A stretch of DNA of 64,000 bases from a bacterium (GTDB lineage: Bacteria; Patescibacteriota; Patescibacteriia; JAACEG01; JAGUWE01), in contig JAZDOD010000008.1 of assembly GCA_043798995.1 (NCBI GenBank), positions 25,327-89,326 on the forward strand, given 5' to 3'. Within the stretch, counting starts at the first letter, position 1. Every line of letters begins with the position of its first letter. The notes beneath the pieces were generated by a model. It searched no databases and had not been told where the DNA came from. It saw only the letters and a program-made list of their open reading frames with translations. The position numbers and the translations under genes were made by a program. Positions 49,065 through 58,670 of the stretch are shown here, one piece after another.

Positions 49065-49140
49065 CTTTTTTAAGATTAATGATAAATTTAGTTGATAAAT
49101 GAGACTTTCGTTCATTGAATTTTTAAAAAGGAGGATTAGG

Positions 49141-49842
49141 ATGCATAAAGAGGCAGTTTATATTTATGGAGTAGCTAAAGGAGCAAATTTCCCTTTAACC
49201 ATGAAGGCCATTACGTTGACTACCGAACGCCATAAAGGTCAAACTCGCGCCGATGGGGTTACCCCTTACTCCGAACATCCAATTGAAGTTTGTCGTACAC
49301 TTTTAAATCACGGACTTTTGAAATTAAAACTCAGCTCATCACTTGAGGAAGACAGACACACCAAGGACGTAACTTGCGCTGCGGCTCTTGATCACGATTT
49401 AGAAGAGGATGAAAAAATGACCCACGAAGAGATAATTAATGAATTTGGCCAAGAGGTTGCTTATTTAACGGACCTTTTAACCAAGAGAAAGGGGATGACT
49501 TTTGAAGAACATATTAAAAATGTTTCCCAGGATATTCGGGCCGTGATTATCAAAGCAGCTGACAGGACAAGAAACATTAGCCAAATGGCCAAATTAAAAG
49601 AAGCTTTTCCCATCGAGAGATTAGAGAAAGTTCTTAAAGAAACTAAGGAACATGTTTTACCCATGATGAAGAAAGCTCGCCGAATCCATTTGGAATACTC
49701 CGATATGTTGGTAGCTTTTCGCGATCACATCAAAGCCGTGATGGAAGCGGTTGAAGAAGTAATTAAGGAAAGAAAAGAAAACGAGCAGTTAAGAAAAGAA
49801 AATGAGGAATTAAAAAAAGAATTAGCTAAATTTCAAAAATAA
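49141..49842 (+). CDS. HD-domain small alarmone hydrolase-like (RelA/SpoT HD, Mesh1-like) protein
   Basis: HKGQTRADGVTPYSEHP, ALDHDLEED, EFGQEVA..LTK, IKAADRTRN; SD AAGGAGG before ATG 49141. Confidence 0.8.
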   Translation: MHKEAVYIYGVAKGANFPLTMKAITLTTERHKGQTRADGVTPYSEHPIEVCRTLLNHGLLKLKLSSSLEEDRHTKDVTCAAALDHDLEEDEKMTHEEIINEFGQEVAYLTDLLTKRKGMTFEEHIKNVSQDIRAVIIKAADRTRNISQMAKLKEAFPIERLEKVLKETKEHVLPMMKKARRIHLEYSDMLVAFRDHIKAVMEAVEEVIKERKENEQLRKENEELKKELAKFQK

Positions 49843-49972
49843 GCATTAAAGGTCTGAAAAAATCAGACCTTATTTTTTGAAACATTGTTTGGAATCTAAA
49901 ATTATATTATCATATAGAGGTACCCTTATTTGGGGAGGTTTTTGTATTTCTGGAATTTTTAAGCAAATTTTT

Positions 49973-52798
49973 ATGGAGAAAAAAATCATTATTAAAGGCG
50001 CGAGAGTTCACAATTTGAAGAATATTTCGCTAGAACTGCCTCGGGATAAGTTTATTGTTTTTACCGGCATTTCCGGTTCGGGCAAGAGTTCCTTGGCTTT
50101 TGATACAATTTTTGCCGAGGGCCAAAGGCGCTATCTTGAAAGTTTATCAAGTTATGCCCGCCAGTTTTTAGGGCAGATGGAAAAACCCGATGTTGATTAT
50201 ATTGAAGGGCTAAGCCCGGCTATTTCTATTGATCAAAAATCCGCTTCGCATAATCCGCGTTCAACCGTTGGCACCATTACCGAGATCTATGATTATCTGC
50301 GGCTTTTATACGCTAAAATCGGCATTCCTTATTGTCCGAATTGCCAAAAGCCGCTTGCTAAAGTCAGTTTAGAACAGATGGCTGACAATATTTTAGAATT
50401 GGGCGAGGGAATTAAAATTCAAGTTATTGCGCCGGTTGTCCGCGGTAAAAAAGGCGAGTACAGCAGGCTACTGGATGAAATTTATCATCGCGGCTATGCC
50501 GAAGCCATCATCAACGGCAAGACAATTGATTTAAGCCAAAGAAAAAGAGTTAAACTGGCCCGTTATAAAATTCATAATATTGATGTGGTAATTGATACTT
50601 TAAAAATCAGTTCGGAAAATATCAGCCGGCTTTTTGAGGGCTTGGAATTAGCCGGCAAATTAACTAAAGGCATAGTTAAAATTAAAACTAAAGATAAAGA
50701 AATTTTTTTCAATCAAAGTTTAACTTGCCCGGTTTGTGACTGGAGCTTTCCGGAAATTGAACCGCGCCTTTTTTCATTTAACAGTCCTTACGGCGCTTGT
50801 CCTACTTGTATGGGCTTAGGCGTCAAAACCGAAATTGATCCGCGCCTGATTATTCCCGACAGAAACAAAACCCTGAGCGAAGGCGGGGTTTTGCCTTGGA
50901 GTTATACGCCCAAGAATTATTACGGCGCAATTTTAAATGCCGTGGCCCAGAATTATCGCATTTCTACCCATACCAGAATCAAGGATTTGCCGGCTGATAA
51001 AATCAATTTAATTTTAGACGGGCCAAAAATGCCGCAGCGTTTAAAAATTAGATTCTATATTCATGGCCAGCCGCGGGTTTATTACACTGATTTTAAAGGT
51101 TTGATGCCGTGGCTTAAAGAACGCTATGAACGGACTGATTCTGATAGTATCCGGCAGGAAATAGAAAAATATATGAGCTCCAATCCCTGTCCTGTTTGCC
51201 AGGGCGCCCGACTAAAAACAGAAAGTTTGCTGGTAAAAATTGTTGGTAAAAATATCGCTGAAGTGGCGGAGTTGCCCATTAAAAAAACAATCTCTTTTTT
51301 TGAAAAGCTTAGTTTAAACAAAAAAGAAACTTTAATCGCTGAAAAAATTTTGAAAGAAATCAAGAATCGTCTGAAATTTTTAAATGATGTGGGGCTTGAT
51401 TACTTGACGCTTAACCGTCCGGCCAATACTTTAGCCGGCGGCGAAACTCAGCGGATTCGCTTGGCTTCGCAGGTCGGTTCGGCTTTGATGGGAGTTTTAT
51501 ATATTTTGGATGAGCCTTCGGTCGGACTTCATCCGCGCGACAACAAACGGCTTCTAGACACGCTTTTTCATCTGCGGGATTTAGGCAATACTTTAATTGT
51601 GATTGAACATGACGAAGAAACAATGAAATCGGCTGACTGGCTGGTTGATATTGGGCCGGGCGCTGGCCGATTCGGCGGTAAAATTGTGGCTGAAGGCAAG
51701 ATCTCGGATATTTTAAAAGTTAAAGAATCAATTACGGCTCAATATTTGCGAGGTGAAAAAAGTATTCCGCTGCCTAATCTAAGAAGAAAAATTAAGAATA
51801 AATTTTTGGTTATCAAAGGCGCCAATGAGCATAATCTTAAAAATATCACAGTTTCCATTCCTTTAGGAATTTTTGTTGGCGTGACCGGCGTTTCTGGGAG
51901 TGGCAAATCAACTTTGATTAATGATGTTCTTTACCGCGCCTTGGCCCGCCAGTACCATCATTTTTTAGAGCGACCCGGCAAATACAGCGAAATTAAAGGC
52001 ACAGAATATTTGGACAAAGTTATTATTATTGATCAATCACCGATTGGTAAAACGCCGCGTTCTAACCCGGTGACTTATACCGGCGTTTTTACGCTAATCA
52101 GAAATCTTTTTGCCGCCACTCGCGAAGCCAAACAGCGCGGTTATCAGCTGGGACGATTTTCTTTTAATGTGCCGGGTGGCCGCTGCGGCGAGTGCGATGG
52201 CGAAGGATTTTTGCGCATTGAAATGCAGTTTTTGCCCGATGTTTACATTCCCTGCGATGTTTGTCATGGCACGCGCTATAATCAGGAGACGCTTCAAGTT
52301 AAATATAAAAATAAAAACATAGCCGAGGTTTTGGCCATGTCGGTTGAGCAAGCTCTGGAATTTTTTCGAGCTATTCCGGAAATCAAAGATAAGTTACAGG
52401 TGCTTTATGATGTTGGCTTGGGTTATATTCAGTTAGGCCAAGCATCAACCACGCTTTCCGGCGGTGAAGCCCAGCGCATTAAATTAGCGTCAGAACTTGC
52501 CCGGCGCGCTACAGGCAAAACTCTTTATATTTTAGATGAACCAACTACCGGGCTTCATTTTGACGACATCAAAAAATTATTAAATGTCTTGCAGCGTTTG
52601 GTTGAAGCCGGTAATTCGGTCATTGTGATTGAACATAATTTAGACGTCATTAAATGCGCCGACTGGCTGATTGATCTTGGTCCGGAAGGCGGCGATGAAG
52701 GCGGTCGGGTAGTGGTCACCGGCACGCCGGAAGAAGTGGCTAAATATTACAAGGAATCCTATACTGCTAAATTTTTACGAGAGGTTTTAAAAAAGTAA
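49973..52798 (+). CDS. uvrA: Excinuclease ABC subunit A
   Basis: GARVHNLKNI, GISGSGKSS, FSFNSPYGACP, LAGGE, GVSGSGKST, LSGGEAQR; start at ATG 49973. Confidence 0.98.
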   Translation: MEKKIIIKGARVHNLKNISLELPRDKFIVFTGISGSGKSSLAFDTIFAEGQRRYLESLSSYARQFLGQMEKPDVDYIEGLSPAISIDQKSASHNPRSTVGTITEIYDYLRLLYAKIGIPYCPNCQKPLAKVSLEQMADNILELGEGIKIQVIAPVVRGKKGEYSRLLDEIYHRGYAEAIINGKTIDLSQRKRVKLARYKIHNIDVVIDTLKISSENISRLFEGLELAGKLTKGIVKIKTKDKEIFFNQSLTCPVCDWSFPEIEPRLFSFNSPYGACPTCMGLGVKTEIDPRLIIPDRNKTLSEGGVLPWSYTPKNYYGAILNAVAQNYRISTHTRIKDLPADKINLILDGPKMPQRLKIRFYIHGQPRVYYTDFKGLMPWLKERYERTDSDSIRQEIEKYMSSNPCPVCQGARLKTESLLVKIVGKNIAEVAELPIKKTISFFEKLSLNKKETLIAEKILKEIKNRLKFLNDVGLDYLTLNRPANTLAGGETQRIRLASQVGSALMGVLYILDEPSVGLHPRDNKRLLDTLFHLRDLGNTLIVIEHDEETMKSADWLVDIGPGAGRFGGKIVAEGKISDILKVKESITAQYLRGEKSIPLPNLRRKIKNKFLVIKGANEHNLKNITVSIPLGIFVGVTGVSGSGKSTLINDVLYRALARQYHHFLERPGKYSEIKGTEYLDKVIIIDQSPIGKTPRSNPVTYTGVFTLIRNLFAATREAKQRGYQLGRFSFNVPGGRCGECDGEGFLRIEMQFLPDVYIPCDVCHGTRYNQETLQVKYKNKNIAEVLAMSVEQALEFFRAIPEIKDKLQVLYDVGLGYIQLGQASTTLSGGEAQRIKLASELARRATGKTLYILDEPTTGLHFDDIKKLLNVLQRLVEAGNSVIVIEHNLDVIKCADWLIDLGPEGGDEGGRVVVTGTPEEVAKYYKESYTAKFLREVLKK

Positions 52799-52833
52799 AT
52801 AAAAAGCAGTGCCTAAAATTAAGCGACTGCTAA

Positions 52834-53166
52834 TTAATCCTTAAAAGGACTAATAATAATTCCCACAGCAATAAGAGTTATCGAAATCAGAAGTTTTGGC
52901 CAAAAAGCCAAAAAATTTCCACCGCTTGTTAGAATGAATGATCCTAAGAGCATCAAAGATCGTTTAACAACAAAACGAAAAGTGACTGCGGGGTTAAAAA
53001 ATCTTTCCACCAAAAGTAATAGTAGCCCATAGCCAAACATCAGAGCCGTTGTTGTTAGATACCAACTGTAAAGAAAATCATTTGTCTTCAAAAAAGCTGC
53101 TTTTGGCGTCTGGCCAGTGATTAAAATTGTGATGAAATATAAAAGAGCCAAGATCAAACCAATCAT
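52834..53166 (-). CDS. Small four-TM membrane protein
   Basis: MIGLILALL... preceded by SD GGGAGG and a TTGACA-17-TATTCT promoter; terminator hairpin at 52805-52833. Confidence 0.6.
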   Translation of the reverse strand: MIGLILALLYFITILITGQTPKAAFLKTNDFLYSWYLTTTALMFGYGLLLLLVERFFNPAVTFRFVVKRSLMLLGSFILTSGGNFLAFWPKLLISITLIAVGIIISPFKD

Positions 53167-53301
53167 TTTTTCCTCCCTGCACCAAAGAATATTAAAAATA
53201 ATAAATTTTGTCAATGAAGCCTATAAATTTTATCTGAAATTTTAAAATAAAAAAAGCAAGTTGTTGCTTGCCCATGCGATTAATAGTATATTTTTTTCAA
53301 T

Positions 53302-54603
53302 ATGTCAAGCTTTAAAAAGAAAATTGTAAAGGTTCTCAAAGTCCCCGGTGTTTATATTTTCTTCGCCAAAGGCGAATCCGCCTCTGGCGGAAAAGATAAA
53401 CGGGGCGAGATTTTATATATTGGTAAAGCAGCGAATCTTCATTCTCGCGTCTCCTCTTATCTCACCGGTCCTCATGATACCAAAACTGAAAAAATGATAT
53501 CGCAAATTGCTAAAGTTGATTACCAAAAAACCGATTCAGTTTTGGAAGCTTTGATCCTGGAAGCCAACTTGGTTAAAAAATATCAGCCGAAATATAATGT
53601 TAAATTAAAGGATGACAAGTCATTTTCATATTTTGCTATTACTAAAGAAGAATACCCTCGCGTATTGATATTACGCAAGACAGAGTTAGCTAAAGCCCAA
53701 AGCCCAACAAAGCCCAAAGCCCAAAACGATAATTTAAAATTGAAAATTGAAAATTTAAAATTGCGCGCCATTTACGGTCCTTATACCTCAAAAAAACAGA
53801 TGGAATTGGCGCTGCAGATTATAAGAAAGATTTTTTCTTTTCATTCAATGAGCCAAAAAACGGAAAAAGGTTGCTTGGATTTCCAGCTTGGCCGTTGCCC
53901 CGGCCCTTACGCCGGCGCTATTTCTCGCCAAGATTATCAAAAAAATATCCGCGGCATTGAGATGATTTTGGCAGGCAGGAAAAACGATTTACTTAAAAAA
54001 TTAGAAAAAGAAATGAGTTTTTTTTCAAAACATCAGAAATTTGAAAAAGCAGCTCAGCTTCGCAATAAAATTTTTGCTCTTAAGCATATTCAGGATGTGG
54101 CTTTGATTTCGAGAGAAGGATTTGGAAACCTGGTTTCCAAATTGGAAACCAGGTTTCCAAGACGAATTGAGGCCTATGATATTTCCAATATTTTCGGCCA
54201 ATATGCCACCGGCAGTATGATTGTTTTTACTGACGGACAGGTTGACAAATCTGAGTATCGCAAATTTAAGATTAAAACTATTTTCGGCATTGATGATGTC
54301 GGAATGATGAAAGAAGTTTTGCGAAGACGATTGACGCATCAGGAATGGCCCTTACCCAATCTTATTTTCATTGATGGTGGGGTCGGTCAGTTTAATGGAG
54401 CAGTTAGGGTTTTAGAAGAAAAAGGTCTCAAGATTCCGGTAGTGGCTTTAGCTAAAGGCCCAACTCGCCGCGGTGAAAAACTTTTCAGTTCTAAACCGGT
54501 TGATATCAAAATTAATCTAATCAAAGAAATCCGCGACGAAGCCCATCGCTTTGCCATTTCGTATCATAGATATTTAAGAAAGAGGGGATTAGCGGGGGGT
54601 TGA
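53302..54603 (+). CDS. uvrC: Excinuclease ABC subunit C (short form lacking C-terminal HhH), with three repeat insertions
   Basis: PGVYIF, LYIGKA, ALILEANL, YNVKLKDDK, FEKAAQLRN, IEAYDISN, IDGGVGQ, IRDEAHRFA. Confidence 0.92.
   Translation: MSSFKKKIVKVLKVPGVYIFFAKGESASGGKDKRGEILYIGKAANLHSRVSSYLTGPHDTKTEKMISQIAKVDYQKTDSVLEALILEANLVKKYQPKYNVKLKDDKSFSYFAITKEEYPRVLILRKTELAKAQSPTKPKAQNDNLKLKIENLKLRAIYGPYTSKKQMELALQIIRKIFSFHSMSQKTEKGCLDFQLGRCPGPYAGAISRQDYQKNIRGIEMILAGRKNDLLKKLEKEMSFFSKHQKFEKAAQLRNKIFALKHIQDVALISREGFGNLVSKLETRFPRRIEAYDISNIFGQYATGSMIVFTDGQVDKSEYRKFKIKTIFGIDDVGMMKEVLRRRLTHQEWPLPNLIFIDGGVGQFNGAVRVLEEKGLKIPVVALAKGPTRRGEKLFSSKPVDIKINLIKEIRDEAHRFAISYHRYLRKRGLAGG
53362..53391. repeat. 30-nt double-hairpin element in frame in uvrC (FAKGESASGG)
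   Basis: ttcgccaaaggcgaa+tccgcctctggcgga; removal restores GVYIF-KDKRGEILYIGKA. Confidence 0.88.
53692..53762 (+). repeat. Heptamer arrays in frame in uvrC
   Basis: (aaagccc)x2-aac-(aaagccc)x2 ... aatttaa-aattgaa-aattgaa-aatttaa. Confidence 0.75.
54122..54160. repeat. Double palindrome in the uvrC linker (FGNLVSKLETRFP)
   Basis: ttggaaacctggtttccaa-a-ttggaaaccaggtttccaa: each unit is a hairpin, and unit 2 is the reverse complement of unit 1. Confidence 0.85.
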
Positions 54604-54628
54604 CAAGTTTTTTTATTCTTGATACAAT
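54600..54628 (+). promoter_or_regulatory. Sigma70 promoter of rplJL
   Basis: TTGACA, 17 bp, TG-n-TACAAT. Confidence 0.8.
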
Positions 54629-54645
54629 TCTTTTAGAAAATCAAA

Positions 54646-54764
54646 TAGCCACAGACAATGGGTCGCTTAAAGAATTTTAGGCATAAACGTTCCCATCGAG
54701 GCAGATATTTTCCCCTATATTTTAGAGGGTTAATTACTTTCTGTGGCCATCCACAGATTTTTTT
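54646..54764 (+). promoter_or_regulatory. L10 leader (ribosomal protein autoregulatory RNA) with attenuator
   Basis: AGAC-aatggg...cccatc-GAGG core upstream of rplJ; tctgtgg can pair with 5' ccacaga (54649) or with 3' ccacaga (54751), the latter giving a hairpin plus T7. Confidence 0.75.
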
Positions 54765-54767
54765 GTT

Positions 54768-54881
54768 TCCCCCTTTAATAAAGGGGGATTAAGGGGGATT
54801 TTAAAAATCACTCTCTGACTCTCCTTTTTATAAAGGGAGAGAACTTAAATCCCTCTTTCATCTCCCTTTTTCAAAGGGAGA
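54768..54881. repeat. Cluster of three ccc-ttt/aaa-ggg REP-like hairpins in the rplJ 5' UTR
   Basis: tccccctttaataaaggggga; ctctcctttttataaagggagag; tctccctttttcaaagggaga. Confidence 0.8.
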
Positions 54882-54908
54882 AAATAATGAATTATTTATT
54901 TTATTTTT

Positions 54909-55433
54909 ATGGCCAAAACCAAAGAACAAAAAAAGCGCATTGTGACTGATTTATCAGAAAAATTAAGCCAGTTTAAAGCCCTGGTTTTTACTGGTTTTAA
55001 TAAATTAACGGTCAAAGAGATTCGCGATTTTAAAAAACTTTGCCGCGAGAATAACCTTGATTACGCGGTTGCTAAAAAGAAATTGCTTAAGATTGCTTTA
55101 GAAAAAAATAAATTAGAGATTGAGCCGAAGAACATTGATGGAGAGATTGCTTTGATTATTAGCCGTGATGACGAAGTTATTCCCGCCAAATTAGCAATGC
55201 AGTTTATTAAAGACCATGAAGCCATGATAATCAAGGGTGGCATTTTGGAAAGACGGTGGCTTGATGTTAGTAGCGTGAAAGAATTAGCTAAAATTCCGGC
55301 CAAGCCAGAGCTTTTGGCTAAGTTGGTTGGCAGTCTGCAATCGCCGATTCGGGGTTTTGTCTGTGTTTTACAGGGTAATTTAAGAGGATTGGTTCAGGCG
55401 CTTAACGCGATCAAGGAACAGAAAAATAATTAA
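54909..55433 (+). CDS. rplJ: 50S ribosomal protein L10
   Basis: [49 protein letters not shown]. Confidence 0.95.
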   Translation: MAKTKEQKKRIVTDLSEKLSQFKALVFTGFNKLTVKEIRDFKKLCRENNLDYAVAKKKLLKIALEKNKLEIEPKNIDGEIALIISRDDEVIPAKLAMQFIKDHEAMIIKGGILERRWLDVSSVKELAKIPAKPELLAKLVGSLQSPIRGFVCVLQGNLRGLVQALNAIKEQKNN

Positions 55434-55450
55434 TAATTAAGATAAATATT

Positions 55451-55861
55451 ATGTCAGAAGAAAAAAAAGAAGTTGAAGTCCCGGCTAAATTTAAAAAATT
55501 AGTTGAGGAAATTGAAAAGATGTCTGTTCTGGATTTAGCAGAACTTGTCAAAATTTTAGAAGACAAATTCGGCGTGAGCGCCCAAGCTCCGATAATGATG
55601 GCCGGAGTAATGCCCGGTGCCGGTGCTTCCCAAGAAGCGGTTGAAGAAAAAACTATTTTCAACGTTGAGCTGACTGACTCCGGCTCAAATAAAATCTCCG
55701 TCATCAAAGCCGTTAGAGAAGTGATTGAAATGGGTTTGAAAGATGCTAAAGATTTGGTTGATGGCGCGCCTAAGATGGTCAAGGAAGGCGTCAATAAAGA
55801 AGAAGCTGAAAACATTAAGAAAAAATTAGAAGGAGCCGGCGCTAAGGTGACTTTAAAATAA
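55451..55861 (+). CDS. rplL: 50S ribosomal protein L7/L12
   Basis: [49 protein letters not shown]. Confidence 0.97.
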   Translation: MSEEKKEVEVPAKFKKLVEEIEKMSVLDLAELVKILEDKFGVSAQAPIMMAGVMPGAGASQEAVEEKTIFNVELTDSGSNKISVIKAVREVIEMGLKDAKDLVDGAPKMVKEGVNKEEAENIKKKLEGAGAKVTLK

Positions 55862-55873
55862 GTAATAAAACAA

Positions 55874-55908
55874 TAAAATAACAGGGGCATAACCCTGTTA
55901 TTTTATTT
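55874..55908 (+). terminator. Terminator after rplL
   Basis: taaaataacaggg / ccctgttatttta. Confidence 0.75.
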
Positions 55909-55946
55909 GCGAAATTGAGAGATTAGTGTATAATTAAATAAAGTTT

Positions 55947-56519
55947 ATGTTTAATAAAAATTTGTTTAAAAAATTAAAAAAAGAGCATGATGATTTTAGG
56001 CGTTCAAGAAGGGAAGTGGTTCGGCTTGCCAATGACGCTTTGGCTAAGTCAAAGCAAGCAATTTTTGCCTTTCATCGAGGCAATCGCGAGGCAGGAGAAG
56101 CCTTGCTTAAAGAAGCGGAAAATATCCTTGGTTATCTTAATAAAAAATTCAAGAAAAACCAAGCCATACGGCAGGAAGGCGCTCTTAAGGCGGCCCATGA
56201 AGAATTTTTAGAAGCAAAATTTTTTGGTAAAGCATTGCAGGGCGAGAAGCTTGATTTTACCAAAAACCTTGAAATTAGTTTGGAGAGTTACTTGGGGGCT
56301 TTGTGCGATTTAACCGGCGAATTAGTCAGATCTGCCATTAACAAAGCAGCCGTTGGTCAAGCCAAAGAAGTAGAAAAGATAAAAAAAATTATTGGTGATA
56401 TTTTAGAAGAATTGGTTCAGTTTGACTTGACAGGATATCTGCGAACCAAATACGACCAGGCCAAGCACAATCTAAAAAAGATTGAAGAAATTTATTATGA
56501 TATAAAAATAAGAAAATAA
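55947..56519 (+). CDS. Translin/TRAX (C3PO-like) family protein
   Basis: RREVVRLANDALAKSKQAIFAFHR, AHEEFLEA, YLGALCDLTGELVR, LRTKYD. Confidence 0.85.
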   Translation: MFNKNLFKKLKKEHDDFRRSRREVVRLANDALAKSKQAIFAFHRGNREAGEALLKEAENILGYLNKKFKKNQAIRQEGALKAAHEEFLEAKFFGKALQGEKLDFTKNLEISLESYLGALCDLTGELVRSAINKAAVGQAKEVEKIKKIIGDILEELVQFDLTGYLRTKYDQAKHNLKKIEEIYYDIKIRK

Positions 56520-56529
56520 TTATAAATAT

Positions 56530-56691
56530 ATGGAAACCAAAGATTTTTTACTCAAAGAAAGATCAAAGATTCGCCAAGGGGAAGTTGAGGAAAAAGAAAA
56601 ACTCAAGGATTTGTATATGGTGGTCGGAGTGCTGTTTGTTATTATTATGGTGGTAGTAATGATTATCATGAAAGGCGGCAAGTTGATTTAA
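56530..56691 (+). CDS. 53-aa protein with C-terminal TM helix
   Basis: Below the ORF-track cutoff: METKDFLLKERSKIRQGEVEEKEKLKDLYMVVGVLFVIIMVVVMIIMKGGKLI*; fills the gap between co-oriented genes. Confidence 0.6.
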   Translation: METKDFLLKERSKIRQGEVEEKEKLKDLYMVVGVLFVIIMVVVMIIMKGGKLI

Positions 56692-56708
56692 TTTAATAAA
56701 AATTACCA

Positions 56709-58607
56709 ATGAAAAAGCTAACCCTTATAATTTTAGCTTGTTTAATTATTGTGTGGGGGTTAGTTTTTTGCTTGTCCCCCACCTTTTTAAATAAATTTTT
56801 TTTAACAGGAAATGATTCCAATAACGAAATCGCACCTTTAACTATTAATAGTTTTTCTTTTAAAAAGGTGGGGGATTTGTCCGCTTCAATCAAAGAAGAT
56901 AAAGAATTAGCGGCAGAAAATTTATATTTTTCAGCCGAGACCAGCAAAGAATTTTATGATAAAGCTTATGAAAAGGCAATAAAAATTATTAAGCCAGAGG
57001 AGACAGTTTTTGGGGGAATTATCACCCATCATTTATTGGCGGCTGAACTGGATGCCGCTTTTTTCAAAGGGTTGGAAGGCAAAGATTATGAGACAGTAAT
57101 ACTTTTAGCGCCCAATCATTACGAAGAAGGCAGTTCAGATATTTTAACTTCAAAATTTTACTGGCAGACGCCTTATGGGTATTTGGAAACAGATAAACAA
57201 TTAGTAGATAAATTAGCGGCAGAAAAAGTCCTTGAAATTGATGACGGGCCGTTTAAGAAAGAACATTCTGTTTCAGCCGTCACCAGTTTTATTAAAAAAA
57301 GTTTGCCCAAAGCAAAACTGGTGCCGATAATTTTTAAATTTTACACACCGATAGAGAAAATCCGTAGTTTAGCTCGGGAGCTCAGCCGTTTGAATCAGGA
57401 CAAAACTTTAGTTATTGCCAGCGTTGATTTTTCTCATTTCCAGCCAGCTTTGGTTGCTCAATTTCATGATGAATTAAGCGCCGAAGTCGTTGAAAGTTTT
57501 TTATTAGATGAAATTAGTAAATTAGAAATTGATTCGCCGGCTTCAATTTATACCTTGCTTTCATATCTTGAGATGAAAGGCGCAAGAAAAAGTCAGAGAT
57601 TAGTCAGCAGCAATTCAGCAATTTTGACCAATGATCCCAAAATTGCTGAAACCACCAGTTATTTTTTAGAATATTTTACCAAAGGCGAGCCAAAGGAAAA
57701 GGATAAAATTACAATTTTGGCTTTCGGCGATATGATGCTGGACAGAAATGTTGAAAAGTTGATGTTAAAATATGACTTTAAATATCCTCTGGAAAAAATC
57801 AAAGGCAAAGAAGAAAGATTCTTAAAGGGTATTGATTTAATTACGGCCAATTTGGAAGGCGCAATTACCGATGACTATTATCAGCCGGAAAAAGCAATTG
57901 ATTTTCGTTTTGATCCCCAAGTCGCGCCAATACTTAAAGAATATAATTTTAATGTTTTCGGGTTGGCTAACAATCACAGTTTGGATCAGGGTAAAACCGG
58001 TTTAGAACAAACTAAAAAATATTTAGCCCAAAACAGGATTGATTATTTTGGCAGTCAAACTTCAGACAATTATGAATTTAGCTTAGTTAAAACCATTCGC
58101 GGACAAAAAATTTGTCTGGCTGGCTTTAATAACACTGATAAAGCCATTAATTTTGAGCAAGCCGAAGCCAATATTAAAAAGTTAAGAGGAGAGTGTAAGT
58201 GGGTTTTGGTTTTTTGCCACTGGGGAACAGAGTATAAAAATAAATTTAACAACAATCAGCAAGTTTTCGCCCACAAACTGATTGACTGGGGCGCGGATGC
58301 GGTTATTGGCCATCATCCGCATGTGGCAGAGGGGGTTGAAATTTACAGCCAGAAACCGATTTTTTATTCGCTGGGCAATTTTATTTTTGACCAGTATTTT
58401 TCCCAAGAAACCCAGCAAGGATTGGCCATTGGTTTAGTTTTAAGCGAGAACTTCACTTTTTATTTATTTCCCTTCACTCTTTACAACAGCCAGCCGGAAT
58501 TGATGAATTATGATGAGTCAGCAAAGTTTTATGAATATTTGATTAGTATTTCGGAGATTAGTTCAGAAATAGCCAATCAACTTAAAAGCGGCAAAGTTGA
58601 GTTGTAA
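56709..58607 (+). CDS. AmmeMemoRadiSam protein B (Memo-like) fused to a CapA/PGA-cap metallophosphatase domain
   Basis: GGIITHH, LAPNH, WQTPYG, EHS, ASVDFSH; then FGDMMLDR, NLEG, LANNHSLD, HWGTEY, IGHHPHV, YSLGNFIFDQ. Confidence 0.88.
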   Translation: MKKLTLIILACLIIVWGLVFCLSPTFLNKFFLTGNDSNNEIAPLTINSFSFKKVGDLSASIKEDKELAAENLYFSAETSKEFYDKAYEKAIKIIKPEETVFGGIITHHLLAAELDAAFFKGLEGKDYETVILLAPNHYEEGSSDILTSKFYWQTPYGYLETDKQLVDKLAAEKVLEIDDGPFKKEHSVSAVTSFIKKSLPKAKLVPIIFKFYTPIEKIRSLARELSRLNQDKTLVIASVDFSHFQPALVAQFHDELSAEVVESFLLDEISKLEIDSPASIYTLLSYLEMKGARKSQRLVSSNSAILTNDPKIAETTSYFLEYFTKGEPKEKDKITILAFGDMMLDRNVEKLMLKYDFKYPLEKIKGKEERFLKGIDLITANLEGAITDDYYQPEKAIDFRFDPQVAPILKEYNFNVFGLANNHSLDQGKTGLEQTKKYLAQNRIDYFGSQTSDNYEFSLVKTIRGQKICLAGFNNTDKAINFEQAEANIKKLRGECKWVLVFCHWGTEYKNKFNNNQQVFAHKLIDWGADAVIGHHPHVAEGVEIYSQKPIFYSLGNFIFDQYFSQETQQGLAIGLVLSENFTFYLFPFTLYNSQPELMNYDESAKFYEYLISISEISSEIANQLKSGKVEL

Positions 58608-58670
58608 GAAACCAAAAAGATAAAACAAGGCTGACAATCAAATGTTGGCCTTGTTTTTTTATGGTTTGAG

